NCBI GenBank assembly: GCA_048013815.1
Contig: CM106586.1
Span: 18,662,001 to 18,726,000 of the forward strand
Source of the DNA: Setoptus koraiensis
Taxonomy: Eukaryota; Animalia; Arthropoda
Direction: 5' to 3'
DNA length: 64,000 bases
In this document: in pieces, positions 34,030-47,800 of the stretch
Layout of the letters: each line of letters opens with the position of its first letter
How positions within the stretch are numbered: the stretch's first letter is position 1
The notes under the pieces: generated by a model
Databases searched by the model: none
Told to the model about the DNA's origin: nothing
Seen by the model: the letters and a program-made list of their open reading frames with translations, nothing else
Program-made: the position numbers and the translations under genes

Positions 34030-36860
34030 CGATATGTGTTGTGTGACAGTGTGTTCGGCTACTAGCGCCGATAGCAGACACCCGATAGGACACGTACGAC
34101 ACTTCTTCACTGATGCAACACTCTCAAGTGGACGTACTTGGTAGCTAACCAAAAGTGGGGCCCACAACATACAGTAAGGCAATAGCTGATAGATTGAAGT
34201 TGCGCACTCTTCTTTTGTCTCTCCCTCTTTTTGAACGTTATGTAACGTGACGACTACAACGACAACGACGAAACCAGGTTGTGTGCATTACGCAATTACC
34301 TGCCTAGTGTGTGTTCTTTCTGAAAAAGATTTTATAGTGCTACTCATATTATTACGTAATACATTATTATCAGCTACGTTGTGAGCAGAAGGGGCCCGAT
34401 CGGACATATTGTTGCATTCAGACAATGCACGAGGCCGGCTACAGTTCTTTCTGTGTGGTGCAGTTCACCAATGTGTACAGTATATATTCCTATGACGGTG
34501 CACACAATGCAGCCCATGTTTGCGCAACAACCATATTATGTAATAATATAACTAACCCACCACTGGCACGATCATCATCAATCAGTACCAAACGAACACA
34601 GTGGCGCGCCAAAAAAACGCCATAACACGTTCCGTTATTATTGGCCCGCTATCGACGATAGGTGAGCTGATGAATGGCAACGACTTGCGCTCTTGACTAT
34701 TTGATGCACTTGATATACACTTGTATGTCTATCGAGTTATTTGATGTTTCTTGAGTGTGCTTATATCCGATCAAGTGCGCCCAGTGGCCACAGGCGAACA
34801 CAGCCAAGGTGAATAGAGCCCAGGTACAAATTAATATCCAATTAATGCAAGCCCGTTATTCCGAACACGCATATAACCGGCCCACACCTACATCGTGCCG
34901 CCGGCCCAAGTAATGCGCAATCAGGAAACGGATACGAACAAGGCAAGCGGGTAATGGGTTCGAGCTGATCGTCCAACGTGCTATTTTGCTAATGGCTGAT
35001 CGTGGCCACTGTGGTTGCCTTATTGTCAGTTGGGGTATAATAAGAACGAACGAGGATGAGGCCTCACCAACCAAAAAGAAAGGTGCCAATGGATGCTATC
35101 AGTAGATTGTGGCGGCGAGGGGGGGGGGCTAATCACGCCATCTCACTGATACTCATGGCAACAACTCACATTGCAATTGTTGAGCGAGCACCAGCGATCA
35201 TTGCTGGTCTGGCACGCTCGGAGATTGCATCTCGAATTTAGTTGGCGAGTTGGACAGCTCACAAAATAGGAATGTGTCGAGCACTCGAAATGAGTCGAAA
35301 TGATCTGGTACATTAGCAATCCCGCTCTTTCTGCAGCTATCTTTTATACACTCTGGCCACCTATCGAAAACATATTCTATTGGCATTCCGTGGCATCGCC
35401 CGGGGGAAATCGGGGCCCTCTAATGATCTGGACATTGATTTGGAATTATTCAGTGAAAAGAAGCTATCCCAGCTTTTAGATCTCATCATCTGCTATTTTC
35501 AATTTCGGTTTCGTTTTCGTTTTCGGTCGCCGAGGGGCCGAAAGCAGCAGCTAGCGTGTGACGAGAACGAGATTGTAGATTGTAATCATGCTCTTAACAG
35601 TGAGATAGGTATTAACAACGGCAGCAATTGTATCAATATTATCTCACCAACTCACACACGCAGCATCTCTATTGTTGGTGGTGCTGAGCGATTGATAATC
35701 GATTAAGAAAATCCATCGTGAGAATTGGTTTGCCTCATTTCTATCTATCGGGGCCAGCCGACTGGCTGATCAACCACAAAGAGTAATAGCGTTGGGTTCG
35801 TAATACAGTTGAATTGGCGAGCATGAAATAATTTGATGTTAAAATTGTCGGACATTAACCATTAACGGAATTGATCATTAACATCCATCATTAGAGAGCC
35901 GCGCCATTGGTCATACAAACGCCCCTAGGCAGCGGCTTTAAACATGATGGTGAATGCGGATAGAGAAATGCGAGAAATGTCACGAAATCATAATCCCATG
36001 TATAGTCACAGCGCCGGGCCATGTGGGGCCCGTCCGGATGCGACCCACAAATGTGCCCGTCAAGCTAGCACAGAATAAAGCACGACATGAATGGACGACA
36101 GGCTTTTCATGTAATCAAACATATTCATGCGTTTGTGGCGAGCGAAGAAGATGACAAAGAAAAAATGTTGGCGAAAAAGTGGACAGAAATTACTGCCAAC
36201 TAACAGTTAATAGAAAATGGTCGCCAATTCTATATTTATTTATGACACATTACGTGTTCGTGATACTCTTTCTAATTATGCTGATTGGCGCGCGCCACGC
36301 ACTGGCAATTTTCTGCAAGCTAGCCGAAAACTGCGCGACTATCACATGGAACTTGTATGATAGAAGAGAAGCGCAAAAAAATATCAATTATAATTAATGA
36401 GAATGGCCTCGGCTCGGGCTCGCGGAACAAGGGAAAAAAATTAAGATGAGCCATGCGACGTGTGTTTCTATCTGTCAAAGTTGACAGTATATAGCTGGCA
36501 GAATGTCGTTAGCGGGGCCGCTTTATTATGGCGGCCGGTCAGCCAGTTAGCCTCTCATTTTGGGGCACACATTTCATGATGTCAATTAGATTATCGTCGA
36601 TTTCGCACACACCTAATATCCAAAATAACCAACAAAAGCCAGCGCAGCACCAGTAAGGATTGCCACACCACCGCTGCATAACAGTTAGTGGTGACCGATT
36701 GGCACTTGTGACGGGGCTGGCCGCTGAGCTTGTGTTAGTTGGCCCTTTTCTATAAAAGCAATCATTAAACAAAATGTTGTTACTATTATTATCATAGCGT
36801 TTAGGCGGCAATGCAAAGTTACGCTAAACACGAAACGCTCAGCAACAAATTTCAGATGAG

Positions 36861-37109
36861 ATGAGACTGGTTGAGATTGTGTGTATCTCGTTAGTCGTGT
36901 CGGCAGTGGCGGCCTCAATCATCGATGAGGGGCCGCTAAATAGCTTTTGTCCGTGTCTTCAAATAGAACGGCCGCTCGAACAATCGAAGGAACGAACGGA
37001 TAACAACAAACAAAAACTACTACACACGAGCCTAAAGATTGAATCCGTCAAATCACAGCTGAACAATAACAACAGCGGCAGCGGCAACAACCTTAACATT
37101 AGTTTCTAG
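36861..37109 (+). CDS. Candidate small secreted protein, 82 aa
   Basis: Signal-peptide-like N-terminus MRLVEIVCISLVVSAVAA with an A-x-A cleavage site, followed by a hydrophilic mature region containing CPC. No homology recognised. Confidence 0.35.
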   Translation: MRLVEIVCISLVVSAVAASIIDEGPLNSFCPCLQIERPLEQSKERTDNNKQKLLHTSLKIESVKSQLNNNNSGSGNNLNISF

Positions 37110-37353
37110 ACAAATTCTTTCCGTTTTGTGTTGTGTGTTTCCGAGGAAAGCGTTTGTGTTGTTGTTGTTGTTATTACTTTTAAAGCACACACATACACAA
37201 TCATTACTGGCTGGCGCAGCATTTATGGTTAGACACGTTATTAGGCACGAGAGCGGTGTGGGCGCCGAAGGAAGAAATCATATAAAAGGGTGCGATATCT
37301 AGCAGCAATAAGCTACAAAATACAAGACAAACAAGATAGCTGGTGCCGGCGCC

Positions 37354-37520
37354 GTTGTTGTTGCTGTTGTTGTCGTTGTTGTCGTTGTCGTCGTCGTCGA
37401 AGTACCTATCTGTCTCTGGGTTGTTATTGAAGTTGTTGTTATTGAAGTTGTTGTTGTTGCTGTTGTTGTTGCTGCTGTTGTTGCTGCTGCTGTTGTTGCT
37501 GCTGCTGTTGTTGCTGTTGC
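37354..37520. repeat. Compound (GTT/GCT/GTC)n trinucleotide repeat
   Basis: Read directly. Generates the poly-L and poly-N ORFs. Confidence 0.9.
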
Positions 37521-38260
37521 AGTATTTGCTGCTATTACTTAGCACTCAGATGCTCGATCGCTTAAATGCAGTTCGGCGGGGGGAGGGCACCGATTTTTAT
37601 CTAGTTAAATCACTGCTGCCACTAGCACCACTAGCGACTTTGGCTCGCCGGCAGTGTTAGCGCCCAGAGAAGCAAAGTGGATGTGTGCACTCAACAATAA
37701 TGATTAGGTCATATTTGGCAAGCGAAAGCCCTAGTTGACTTATCAATGAATTGAGGCATTGAAGCCCCCCCCCCCGCCCGTCCCTGTGACTGCGTCGTTA
37801 TTTATATCGATGCAATTCAATTGGGCCCCCTATTTTCCTTCCATGGACAGGCACAGCTATGCACGTGTTCGTACATGCACCGTGAGTCTGGCTCGTGTGC
37901 CTCCCTCCCCCCCCCCACTCAGTTATATTCACAACATGCTTATGCAACGATACGTAAGTGTAAAGTTTTTCAAGCCGCAGCGCCGGCAGCCCGACAACAA
38001 TGGAACAACAAGGGAGAACTTGGCGAGCTAGCGAACAAACAAACGAGCGGAGAGAATTCAATTGTGTGACGTAACAAGCGCAATATTCAATGTTGCGGGA
38101 AGAAGGAAGAATCATAAAAGAATAATCTCGTTGCCAGTAGCAGCAGCATCGGCATTGTGGACGTGTGCGCCGGCCACCGCAATTGGGGGCGCTGTTTTTT
38201 GGCACCGCAGCGCCGCAAGATAAACCCGCTACCAAACGCCGGCACAACACGCACCGACAA

Positions 38261-38304
38261 ATATTACCGATATTATATGTACCGATATATAATATTGGTA
38301 ATAT
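38261..38304 (+). repeat. AT-rich hairpin, 18-bp arms (one G-T pair), right arm locally duplicated
   Basis: ATATTACCGATATTATAT / ATATAATATTGGTAATAT. The 14-mer ATAATAT(T/G)GGTAAT is repeated in tandem at 38289-38316. Confidence 0.85.
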
Positions 38305-38619
38305 AATATGGGTAATACCCCAGACGACGGCGCCGATATCGACACCGCCGGCGCGCACCGACATCTACTGCGCGCGTACCGCCGGGGCATCAGAGCCCGA
38401 TCAGAGTATTCCCGGCAGCTTTAGCCCGCTGGTAATCTCCACTTGTTTTGTTTTGGCGCGCGTCTTGGTATTAGTTTGGTGTCTCTCGGGCGATGAGTGC
38501 ATGTTAGACAAATTAGATCATTATGTTATTTCGGCCGATATCGGCTGGCTTGCGGGATTCAATTGACGATTTCAATTGTAGCACGACGCTACGTTGTTTG
38601 CCGGCTTACGCGCCCACGC

Positions 38620-38645
38620 GGCGCGGTGCGGCGCCGCACCGCGCC
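38620..38645. repeat. Perfect 26-bp GC-rich palindrome
   Basis: GGCGCGGTGCGGC|GCCGCACCGCGCC is its own reverse complement. Confidence 0.95.
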
Positions 38646-41554
38646 CAGCCGCCGTACCCCTGGTGCCTTAAGCCGCTAACTGGCTGTTGTACAAAGTTGT
38701 GTCTTGCCCATCGTTGGCCGATGGCCGCCGCCAGCACACCAATCTGACGGATCTGGCAACTTGTTAAAACGCCAAGCTCAGCTCACCTAGCAACTGCTGC
38801 AATAATGAGAGGAGGGGGGGCCCGCGGGACGCCGTGCGTCATACAATCACCAGAGACAGGGGAGACTGCACAAGATTGATGTGTGCCGCCGGACCGGCAG
38901 CAACCGGCCCAATGTCCCGCTCGCCCTTTCCGCCGGCGTATTATTTATTTCGGTCCAGTTGACCAGCAGCAGCAACAACAACAACTACCGCCGCTGGTGC
39001 CGGCGTTGCTGTTTTTGTTGGAAAAGTGTGCAAATGGGCACACAACGCCCAAGAGAGGGTGCATATATTTTGATTAGTGTTTTCATCAGCGCCGGCGCCC
39101 ATAATAACAACTTGCGCAGCTGGCCAGTGTCTTGGGAAAACATGGGCCGGAAAAGAGCGGAAAAGAGCGGACAGTAGCGGCCGGGCCGGGCCGGCCGGGC
39201 GCACTTGACAAGGCCACTGCTGCGCTCATTATTATCCATTGCCTAATGGTCACTAATTTGGGGGCGACAATGTGTAGTTGGTTGTAGCAGTTTGTTGTTC
39301 TGGCCGTAGTAGTTTCGGGCGGCGTTGGCTGCAATTGAATTGAATCGATCTGAGCGAAGCGGAACGTATCGATGATGTTGTTGATGATACGAGCCGCGGC
39401 TTGTGACAAACTCGCACACACTGCCGCTCACAACTCGCTTACTGGCCGCTCGGCTCCAGTTGGTCAGTTGTGACACTTGTCCGCACGTTGACCAGTCAGC
39501 GACGAACCACAGTGGGGCCCCGGCAAGAGTCAACAATGTCACCCGCTCGGCTAGTGTCAACAAAGTGAGTGAGCCGAGTCAGCAGATTCACGCGCAGTGG
39601 CTAACAATGGGACCAGCTAGACAACAACAGCTACAGATCATTCGTTAATGTTATTACGTAATGATGAACGGCCCTCTGTCTCTCTGTTTCGCTTTGGCTC
39701 GCTTGTGTGCAAATAGTGTGTGTATTTGTGCGCTGAGTGGAACGGGGGTGCCAACAACGGCGCCGATGTGGCCGGCCAGGGGATGCAACGGGTTTTCCAG
39801 CGGGCGCCCCCCCCCCTCTCGCTCCCGATAGCGTTAACGATGTTTATAAATTTGTATCAAGCGCCATAAGTTATAATGGATAGTTGATAGTGAGGAGCCG
39901 AAAGGCGAAATTTTCCAGTCAGTCAGTCAGTCAGCCAGCCAGCCAGCACACAATAAACAAAAACATGGCCGGGCACGCAAATATGTGACAGCAGCGACGG
40001 CGCATTATTTATATGCGGGTCCACTGAGGGGGCAGGGGGCACCCACGGGAGACACCGCTCACAATTCAAGCCAGTGAAATTGCTGACCAACGGCCCGCCA
40101 AACGAGCGGCCCTTGCTGGCCGGTTAGGCGCGCCCGCTCGGTCATTGTGTTGCAACGCCAGCGGTGCCAGCGAAATGATTAGGCAATCAATTACAAGTTG
40201 CCACTGACAAACACAAACAACATAAACAAACGTAGATTAGATTAAATTAGATTAGAAACACACACACACTCGTTTGCCCGACACACAAGCAAACAATGGC
40301 AAGCAGGAAATAGAATGAGCAGGGGAAAAGCCAAAAGGCAAATCATATCACTTAATTGCAACGCTTGCGCCGCCTTGCCCAATGATTAAAGTTTGATATT
40401 GCACCACTCATTACGGTCATTATGACGCAACTGGCCAAGTGGCCAGCGGAGGCCCATTAGAGAATTAGTGGCGCCAGTGGTGCTGGTCAAATAGACAAGC
40501 AATCAACAATTAAGAGTGTGTTGAATTAGTCTTGATTGCAGCTTATCGCGGGCACGCAATCTGATACGAGCCGATAGCTCGCAAACGCTTGTCTACTCGC
40601 CGTAGCTACTCGCCGGCCGGTGTAGGCCAACGGAGAGCCAGCGGTCAGGGCTGAGGCCCCAAACGACCATTTCTCATCTCACTTGCATGGCTGCATGCAA
40701 ACACGCATTGCTACCTTGACTTTCGGGGCATTTGCCGCTCGCACGAGCCACCAAAGGCCCCAAAACGCTGTCGTGTGGCCACGAAACAGACCAAAGTGAC
40801 CAAAATGACCGAAAAACCTTCGGGTGCCAGAGGCCATTCAAATGGCGCCGAGGAGTCGATTTCGGTTGCGGTAATTGTCATGGGCTCACCTTATTATTTG
40901 CCGTTGCTGTTTGACGCATGTCGTTAGTCACTTCGTTCGCTTGATTGCATGATTGCCTGTTGGCTTGCTGAATGCTCGAACAATTAGTCAGTTGGTTTGT
41001 CCATTTGTTTCACTGTTGAAAACTGATTTTCATTGACTGAAAACTAATTTCGATCGACTGCCAGCCAGCCGAAATTGTGCGATTTGGTCGAGTCGGTCGA
41101 TCGCTATTGTCGTTCCTACTGTGCGCTTCTCTATTGCCGTTGGCTGCTGTTGGTTTGAGCGTCAACTGTCAATCAATTGACGATCACGACAAGCTTGTGC
41201 CGGCTTTTGTTCATTTGTGATCACTCGTTACAGTTTAACCCTGTTATCGTTGCTTATTTCTGGCTGATACTTGTATAGCTGCTGTGAATATTCTTTTTGT
41301 TGCTTAGCTAACATACTGTGTGAGCCTCGTCTGACAATGCGATTAGAGTTGTATCCGAAAGTGAGTGTGCTCGTGACTGACTGCACGCTGGCACCATTGC
41401 AAGCCGATACTGGTGTGTCGTGTCTCACTCAGTCTGGCCCCATCCGGCTCACCGGGGTCCCCACGCTCGTCGCCGAATGCGCCGGTGCTACGGCGCATGG
41501 GCGACTGGAAATGCGGCACATGTGCCGAAGCAATTACCGTGGCATACATCAATC

Positions 41555-41650
41555 TTGTTATTATTGTTATTGTTACAATTGTAGTTGTTGTCGCCGCTGC
41601 CGCTGCTGTTGTTGTTGTTGCTGTTGTTGTTGCTGTTGTTGTTATTGTTG
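41555..41650. repeat. (GTT/ATT/GCT)n trinucleotide repeat
   Basis: Read directly. Generates the poly-C, poly-V and poly-N spurious ORFs. Confidence 0.9.
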
Positions 41651-43194
41651 TAGGCTGCTGGATGGGTTGAAAACAGTGCGAAATAGACAGAGTAAACGGG
41701 CATTAATGGCACAGAAAAAAAACTTCCTGTAAGTTGTTTCCTATTCACTGATAATTGCATAACTGTATGTGTGTGTGAGCCCACAACAGCGGCGACGACA
41801 CCGACTTCACTTGCGACAAAAATGGCCCAACTGCGAAACCGACGAAAATAAAACAACGCGACGCGACTTGTTAGCGACGAAATACTACAAATAACGACAT
41901 AATAAGCTTAGCAGCGCAATATGATGTAACAGTTCGTGCCAGTTGCTGACGGACACTATCTGCAGCAATGGCGCATAGTTAGCTGGCGAGCTAGATGGTC
42001 GGCCTGACTGGTTGTCAAAACGCAACCAAAACCTCAGACGGCCATACGTGATATCTAAAGTTTGTATAGTTGTGTGATCTTCAGTATTCTAATAATAATA
42101 ATTCCTAAACACACACACACACCCTCACACAAAGAGATAGACGGTCAGTCAGACAAACAAACAAACAAACGGATAGAGAGTTGGGCAGGCACAAACAGAC
42201 TGTCTAGTTGATGGGCCTAGTGTATTAATTAAGCCAATTTCGGGTTGTTTGATTGCTCTAGTTTGATTTTTAGGCACTAGTCGACGAGGTCGTTATACCG
42301 TGCTGTGTTTACACACAGCACGGTATAACGAATGAGCACAACAAAAAGCATAATCAGCGGCCTGCTGGCGGCGCTGCAACTTGAATCACAATCCGACGGA
42401 AGTTGCGCATTAATTATGCAAATTGTACATTTGCAAATTCTCAGTTGCAAGACACCAGCAACAACAACAACAGCCGTGAGAGCGCTATCATTGCTAGGCT
42501 CGCTAGCTAGTTTCATTCATATAGAGGAGTTAATCAGATCCAATTTGATTGTGATTGCGGTTTCACGCGAAGGGCAATAGCCTGCTAGCTCGCAACTAAC
42601 GCCCCACTAGTTGGGAACTGTTCTAACTTTTAGACATCATGTATAATGATGATGATAAAGCGAACGAGCCAGCGAAACTAATCCCGAGCTCACCAATCAA
42701 CTAAACAACCTCCGACAGCAACTATCAAACACTCACTGCCTGACTAGACAGCAACATTAGAGGCCTCTACTACATCATGATGTAATTGGATTGCACCTAA
42801 CCAATTAAAGTGGCCCACTCAGCGAGTGTGTTGTTTTCGGCGAGAAGGGGCTCCTATTCAATTGGTTGGTGGGGCGCGCAACGATGACTGCAACCCTCGC
42901 TCTCATTTTATTATTATCAATTCCTCTCTCTCCCTCTCTCTCTCTCTCCCTTTCTCCCTTCACGGTATACCTAGGGGTATTGACAAGAAAGATAGATATT
43001 TTAGATTAGTAAGTAAGTGTACGCTGGCAAGCTAGCTGGTGTGTGTAGGCTGTTGGTGTAGGCGAGAGGGGCGGATGTGGGGCCGACTTAATGCAGCCGC
43101 GTCTTAAGTGTCGGTACACACGCTAGATAATGGCAGTAGATAAAAAGGGGTGAGATGCTCTTGGGCAGTGCAAAAGTGCACAGCGACGAGTTAA

Positions 43195-43195
43195 A

Positions 43196-43227
<32 letters not shown>

Positions 43228-43268
43228 AGGAAAGAAAGAAAGAAGGCAAGAAAGAAAGAAAGAAAGAA
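43195..43268. repeat. (AAAG)n tetranucleotide microsatellite, imperfect
   Basis: Read directly. Confidence 0.95.
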
Positions 43269-44457
43269 GAATTCTGAAGAAGAGGCGAAAGGGAAAAAAG
43301 AGCTGTCTGGTCCATGTTCGTCGGTCTTGCTAAAACCCAACTGAATTGTTGTGTGTGTCTCTGATCGCACAGCTAAAATAATCAGAAAATCAATATAGCG
43401 ATCCGATGAAAGTCATTTTAAAGATTTCTAGCGACAGCAACTTGAAAAGTCACTCTGCTTTTAATATCGCCGTTTCGAGAAAAGAATTACGCACGAACAA
43501 CTTGGCCATGTTACAAATGGGCCCACTTAGATATCGATTTACCTGTCAGTGCTGTCACTAAAGCCACCATGGCCGAATGTTTGTGTTGCCATTTTTTTCT
43601 TTTCTGGCGCCTTTTTTTAAACTTTTCCGCAAACGCAGCATCTTTCTAAGAACTTTCGCTCTCTAACTTTAACCTTCGGCTCACTTATCCATCATTTATC
43701 TGTTTTGATAGCAACGAAATTGACTCGTCAGCGACCAGAATCGATACGAACACACTGGCATTCTCGCTCACTCATACTTGAGACAGTGAGGCGAATTTCC
43801 GTGTGTGTGTGTCTGTGTAATTGAGCAGATGGACAGACAGAAAAACAAACTTTTTTAATGTTTTCGACTCGGAATGGCAACAACGACGAATTGGCCGACC
43901 AGGGACAAATTGGGCTAAGTGGGGGCGATTTTCTCTCGTGCTCAGTTTGCTCTCATGGCGCTCTGTCGGCAGCACTATATATTTTGTCGAAGAGTATATG
44001 ACGGACAGATATGGTGACAATCACTGTGAGATACATGTGCTGTTTTTCGTCTGCTAATCGATTTAGTGCGACCGTGGCAACGATAACGATAGCGACGATT
44101 ATGGTGTCAGTGACGAAAGGGTAAAAGGATGGAAAAAGTCAGACTGTGAGTGGAAAAACTACACTAATTTACTCATGCTCTTCCGCGGCACCTGTTCCCG
44201 TGTTCCGTGTTTGGCAGGGGCCGGGGGCCCGACTTGGCGCACCATCAAAGGCCAAACGAGTTGGTGTCTATTTGAGCCGACTATTTTGTTGTCTGTTACG
44301 TCACACGATGATAAATAACAGTTGTCGAGTTGTTTAACTAATGGGAATGGCCCAGCAAGAAATATAGTTGGCGCGAGCAAGCTAACTGGCCAGCTAACTG
44401 GTGCTTGCTGTGCTGCTGGGGTGCTAGTGGGGGCGCAGCAAAATAGCGTGATCGTGT

Positions 44458-44490
<33 letters not shown>

Positions 44491-44803
44491 TAGCCAGCTC
44501 ACAATCAGTCTACTCACTTTAGCTTTGATAATGTATACATGGCTGCCAAGTTGGTTGTGTGACGCACTCCCATTGGCTGGACACATTAGATTTGCGCCAG
44601 ACCCAATAATGGCCCCCCGAAATGGACGATGAGAGGATCCCTCGACACCTCCTCCCATAATGGCGTCACGAATTTAGCGCTGGACACTTTTTTCTATTAG
44701 CTCGCCAGTAGTTGTGGCAAGTTTTGTGGGCCAGGCTGGGCAGTGTTGCCGGGTTTAGTGTGGCTGGCGGCGCCCATCGCTCATTGTAGTTGCTATTATT
44801 GCA

Positions 44804-44838
<35 letters not shown>

Positions 44839-47800
44839 TTTGTTTGAAATGGCTAGCGGCGACCCCGAAAACTATCAAGCCATCGCCTATCACATAACAA
44901 CAATCATTATTGTTATATAAGTGAAGTGTGCAACTGTGATACATGGCCACACCAACTGGCCAGATGTTGTTGCCCCCTGAGTGTATGTGTGTTTTTCTGC
45001 ACGGTCCCCATCATCGCTCATCATAATATTCTTAGTAGCAATCTGCTGCCTGCGCCCACTAACCCCCCAAGAGAAGGGCCCAACTGAAAGAGGGACAGAG
45101 AACACACTAGAGATAAACTAGAGATGCATGAAGCCCCATTGTTGTCGTGTCTGCTAAATCATCGCCAAATTATATTCATAAGTATCACGCGCACTCTAAA
45201 CGCCTCGCCGGCTTGCTGCCCCTTTCGGCCCAACGTTTTCCATTGACCACCAACAGTTAGCTATTTCGTACTATGTTCCACAAGCGTGGACCTCATCTCA
45301 CAGGCGACAACAACATCCCAGCGAGATTACTGGCGTGTCATGTCTCTATTGTCGACATCTCCATGCCATGCTGCATGATTGATCTAACTGTAACTCTCTA
45401 TGTCATCAAATAGACTAGATAGACCAGGTAAGCAAGCATTACTAGTTGCAGTGCTGCTTTCCTAGATGCCACATGGGCTAGATAAAACTCTCTAATCGGA
45501 TAATAAGTGTGTATGACACATATGCACACGCATGGAATGTTAGTGGCGCCATCTGCTCTGGATGTTTCCATCTTAGGTGACAATCAAAAAACAATCTGCC
45601 AGCTTGTAAATTGTTGACTATGTTGTGCGCCACTAACTGAATGATGCAAAAAACCTTGCCACCAGCAAATATTAGCTCTCCTATGCTGGTATTAACTCAA
45701 TGCTTCACGTGGGACCTTTCTAACTGATAGCGAACCACATTTAACACCTTTCTGACGAATCAACTTCCGTTCGAATCCATTGTCTAATCAAATGTTTCTG
45801 GTTGGTAGCATCAATGAAAACAACGGTGAAAGCAAAGTACACAAGTAGGAAATAGGGTGAAAAAAATTTCGACAGGTGTCGCAATGGCAACTAGCACCGA
45901 GAACAAAAAACCAATTACTGTCAGCTCAACCGGAAGTTGATCACATTTATCTAGTTGCATGAATTTTGGCTTAAAATCATGATACCATCTGTCGCGATAA
46001 ATCGAGTTCGGCTTTTGGAATTAGGCGCTAGTTTCGTTTTTGAATTACATTCAAAACGAAAAAAAAAAAAAAAACTCAACCAACCAAGAGACCGGGTCAA
46101 CAAATGATAAAATAGGCATTTCAGCGCCACGAACTATCGCTCGACATAGCAAAGTGATGGACACGTTTGACTCTCATTTTGTCAGCTTAGTGGCCGCTGC
46201 TAAGTGCCTCTATTTGTTGCCTGTCTCTACCATCAAACTATCACCAGGGGGGCTCTTGATTGACTAATATTCTAACTTAATGCCGCGTTTATTGGAGTTT
46301 CTCAAATGGACACAGAGACAAAAGAAAAACGAAGAAGAAAAAAACGATGATTGGTGGTCGACATTACGAAAATACCTCGATACAGGTGCACTGCCTCTAC
46401 TAGTGAAACGGGCAATTTCACAAGAGATGACCTCGGTGTGGAACCTACAATCAGAGCCATCCATCTAATCTAGCAGTGCGAAACGAGCTCAGTCAATGTC
46501 GGCGGTTAATTCTTTCTGTCTCTCTTTTTTTCCCTCACATATTCACTTATCCACGTATTTGCGTATTATTTGCTTATTATTTGCTTATTCACTCATTCGC
46601 TTATTCGCTGTCCCATTCCCATTTGTCGAAATCAATCCTTTCCTTTATTTGTTCGCTTGTGCAGTATATATACTTGTTTCTATGTTAACGCAAACAGTTC
46701 AATTGTTGTTGGGTTGACATCAAATCAATCTAAAAATAAAATTTCTCTAATACTACGTGCGTGGCACATGGAATCACCGTTATTTGTTTGTGCTAGCATT
46801 TGACATTAGACTGGGTAAATGTAGCGAAAGTTGCGCACAACATGACCTGGCCACCTCAATTTTCATTCAAATCAGCTATTTACACGGATTGCATAGTTGC
46901 CGCAACGGTTAGCTAAACAAATTCGAGCTGCCGGCCACAACTGGCACTGAAAATCGAAGAAATCAATGAATCAGCTAAGCGGTTTTAGTTTAGTGTAGTA
47001 TTTTTTGCGCCAGTCTAGCGTATAGAGGACACGAATGAGCTTGAGACGGGAGCGAGCAAATGAACGCGTGAGAGCAGCTATACAGTAGATAATTGTCACC
47101 CTTCGCTGCTTCAACTTTACTCGTCACTAGACGAGACAGCCAGCAACTATTGGCACACTTAATCTAACCGGCATGATAGTCGTCTGTCTCCCCTAGGTGC
47201 CTCGATGGCCACTATTCCAAAAGGGAGAGCAGGAAAGAGATCGGGAGAGATGGGGGCCAAAGGAGAAAAGCAAAGTGAAAAGAGACTGGAAGCCAATCAA
47301 GCGTGCCTGATCTCGGCATGCAATGCCTCCCACCTTGGCTTCCACTCCCATTAAGCATACCGGGCCCCGTCTGCTTCATCTACAGTATTATGAATATACG
47401 ACGTGTTTATGTGTTTAGTATAGATGATGATTTATGAAGCGTGATGGAGGCATTGTAAGGATGAGACGAGACAAAAATCTCAGACAACGAGCCATTGATT
47501 GGTCCCGGTGTCCCGGTGCCATCTCATCGGCACCTAATATCGTCATTCACCACCAAGCCAACAACGAATTTAGTCCGCAAACAACCGGCAAACAAGTAAC
47601 CGGAGTAGGCACATTACCACTATCTATCACCAGATCTATTAGGTGATGTATCGGTGTATGTATAACGGATATAGGCTGTTGTTGTTATTGTTTGATGTTG
47701 TTATGTACCTGTTGTGTGTCGGTTTTCGTTACTTCAACCAGAATCGAATTGACATAAATCGATTTGGATAAAGTCTAATCAAATATAGTCAAACTAAATA

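Noticed and set aside
37204-37660. Poly-N/poly-L ORFs (likewise poly-C/N/V ORFs at 41271-41856)
   Set aside because: Products of trinucleotide repeats that lack stops in several frames. The poly-Q frame is bounded by stops.
45769-45778. GTTCGAATCC tRNA B-box
   Set aside because: No A-box, D-arm or acceptor stem. A cloverleaf cannot be folded.
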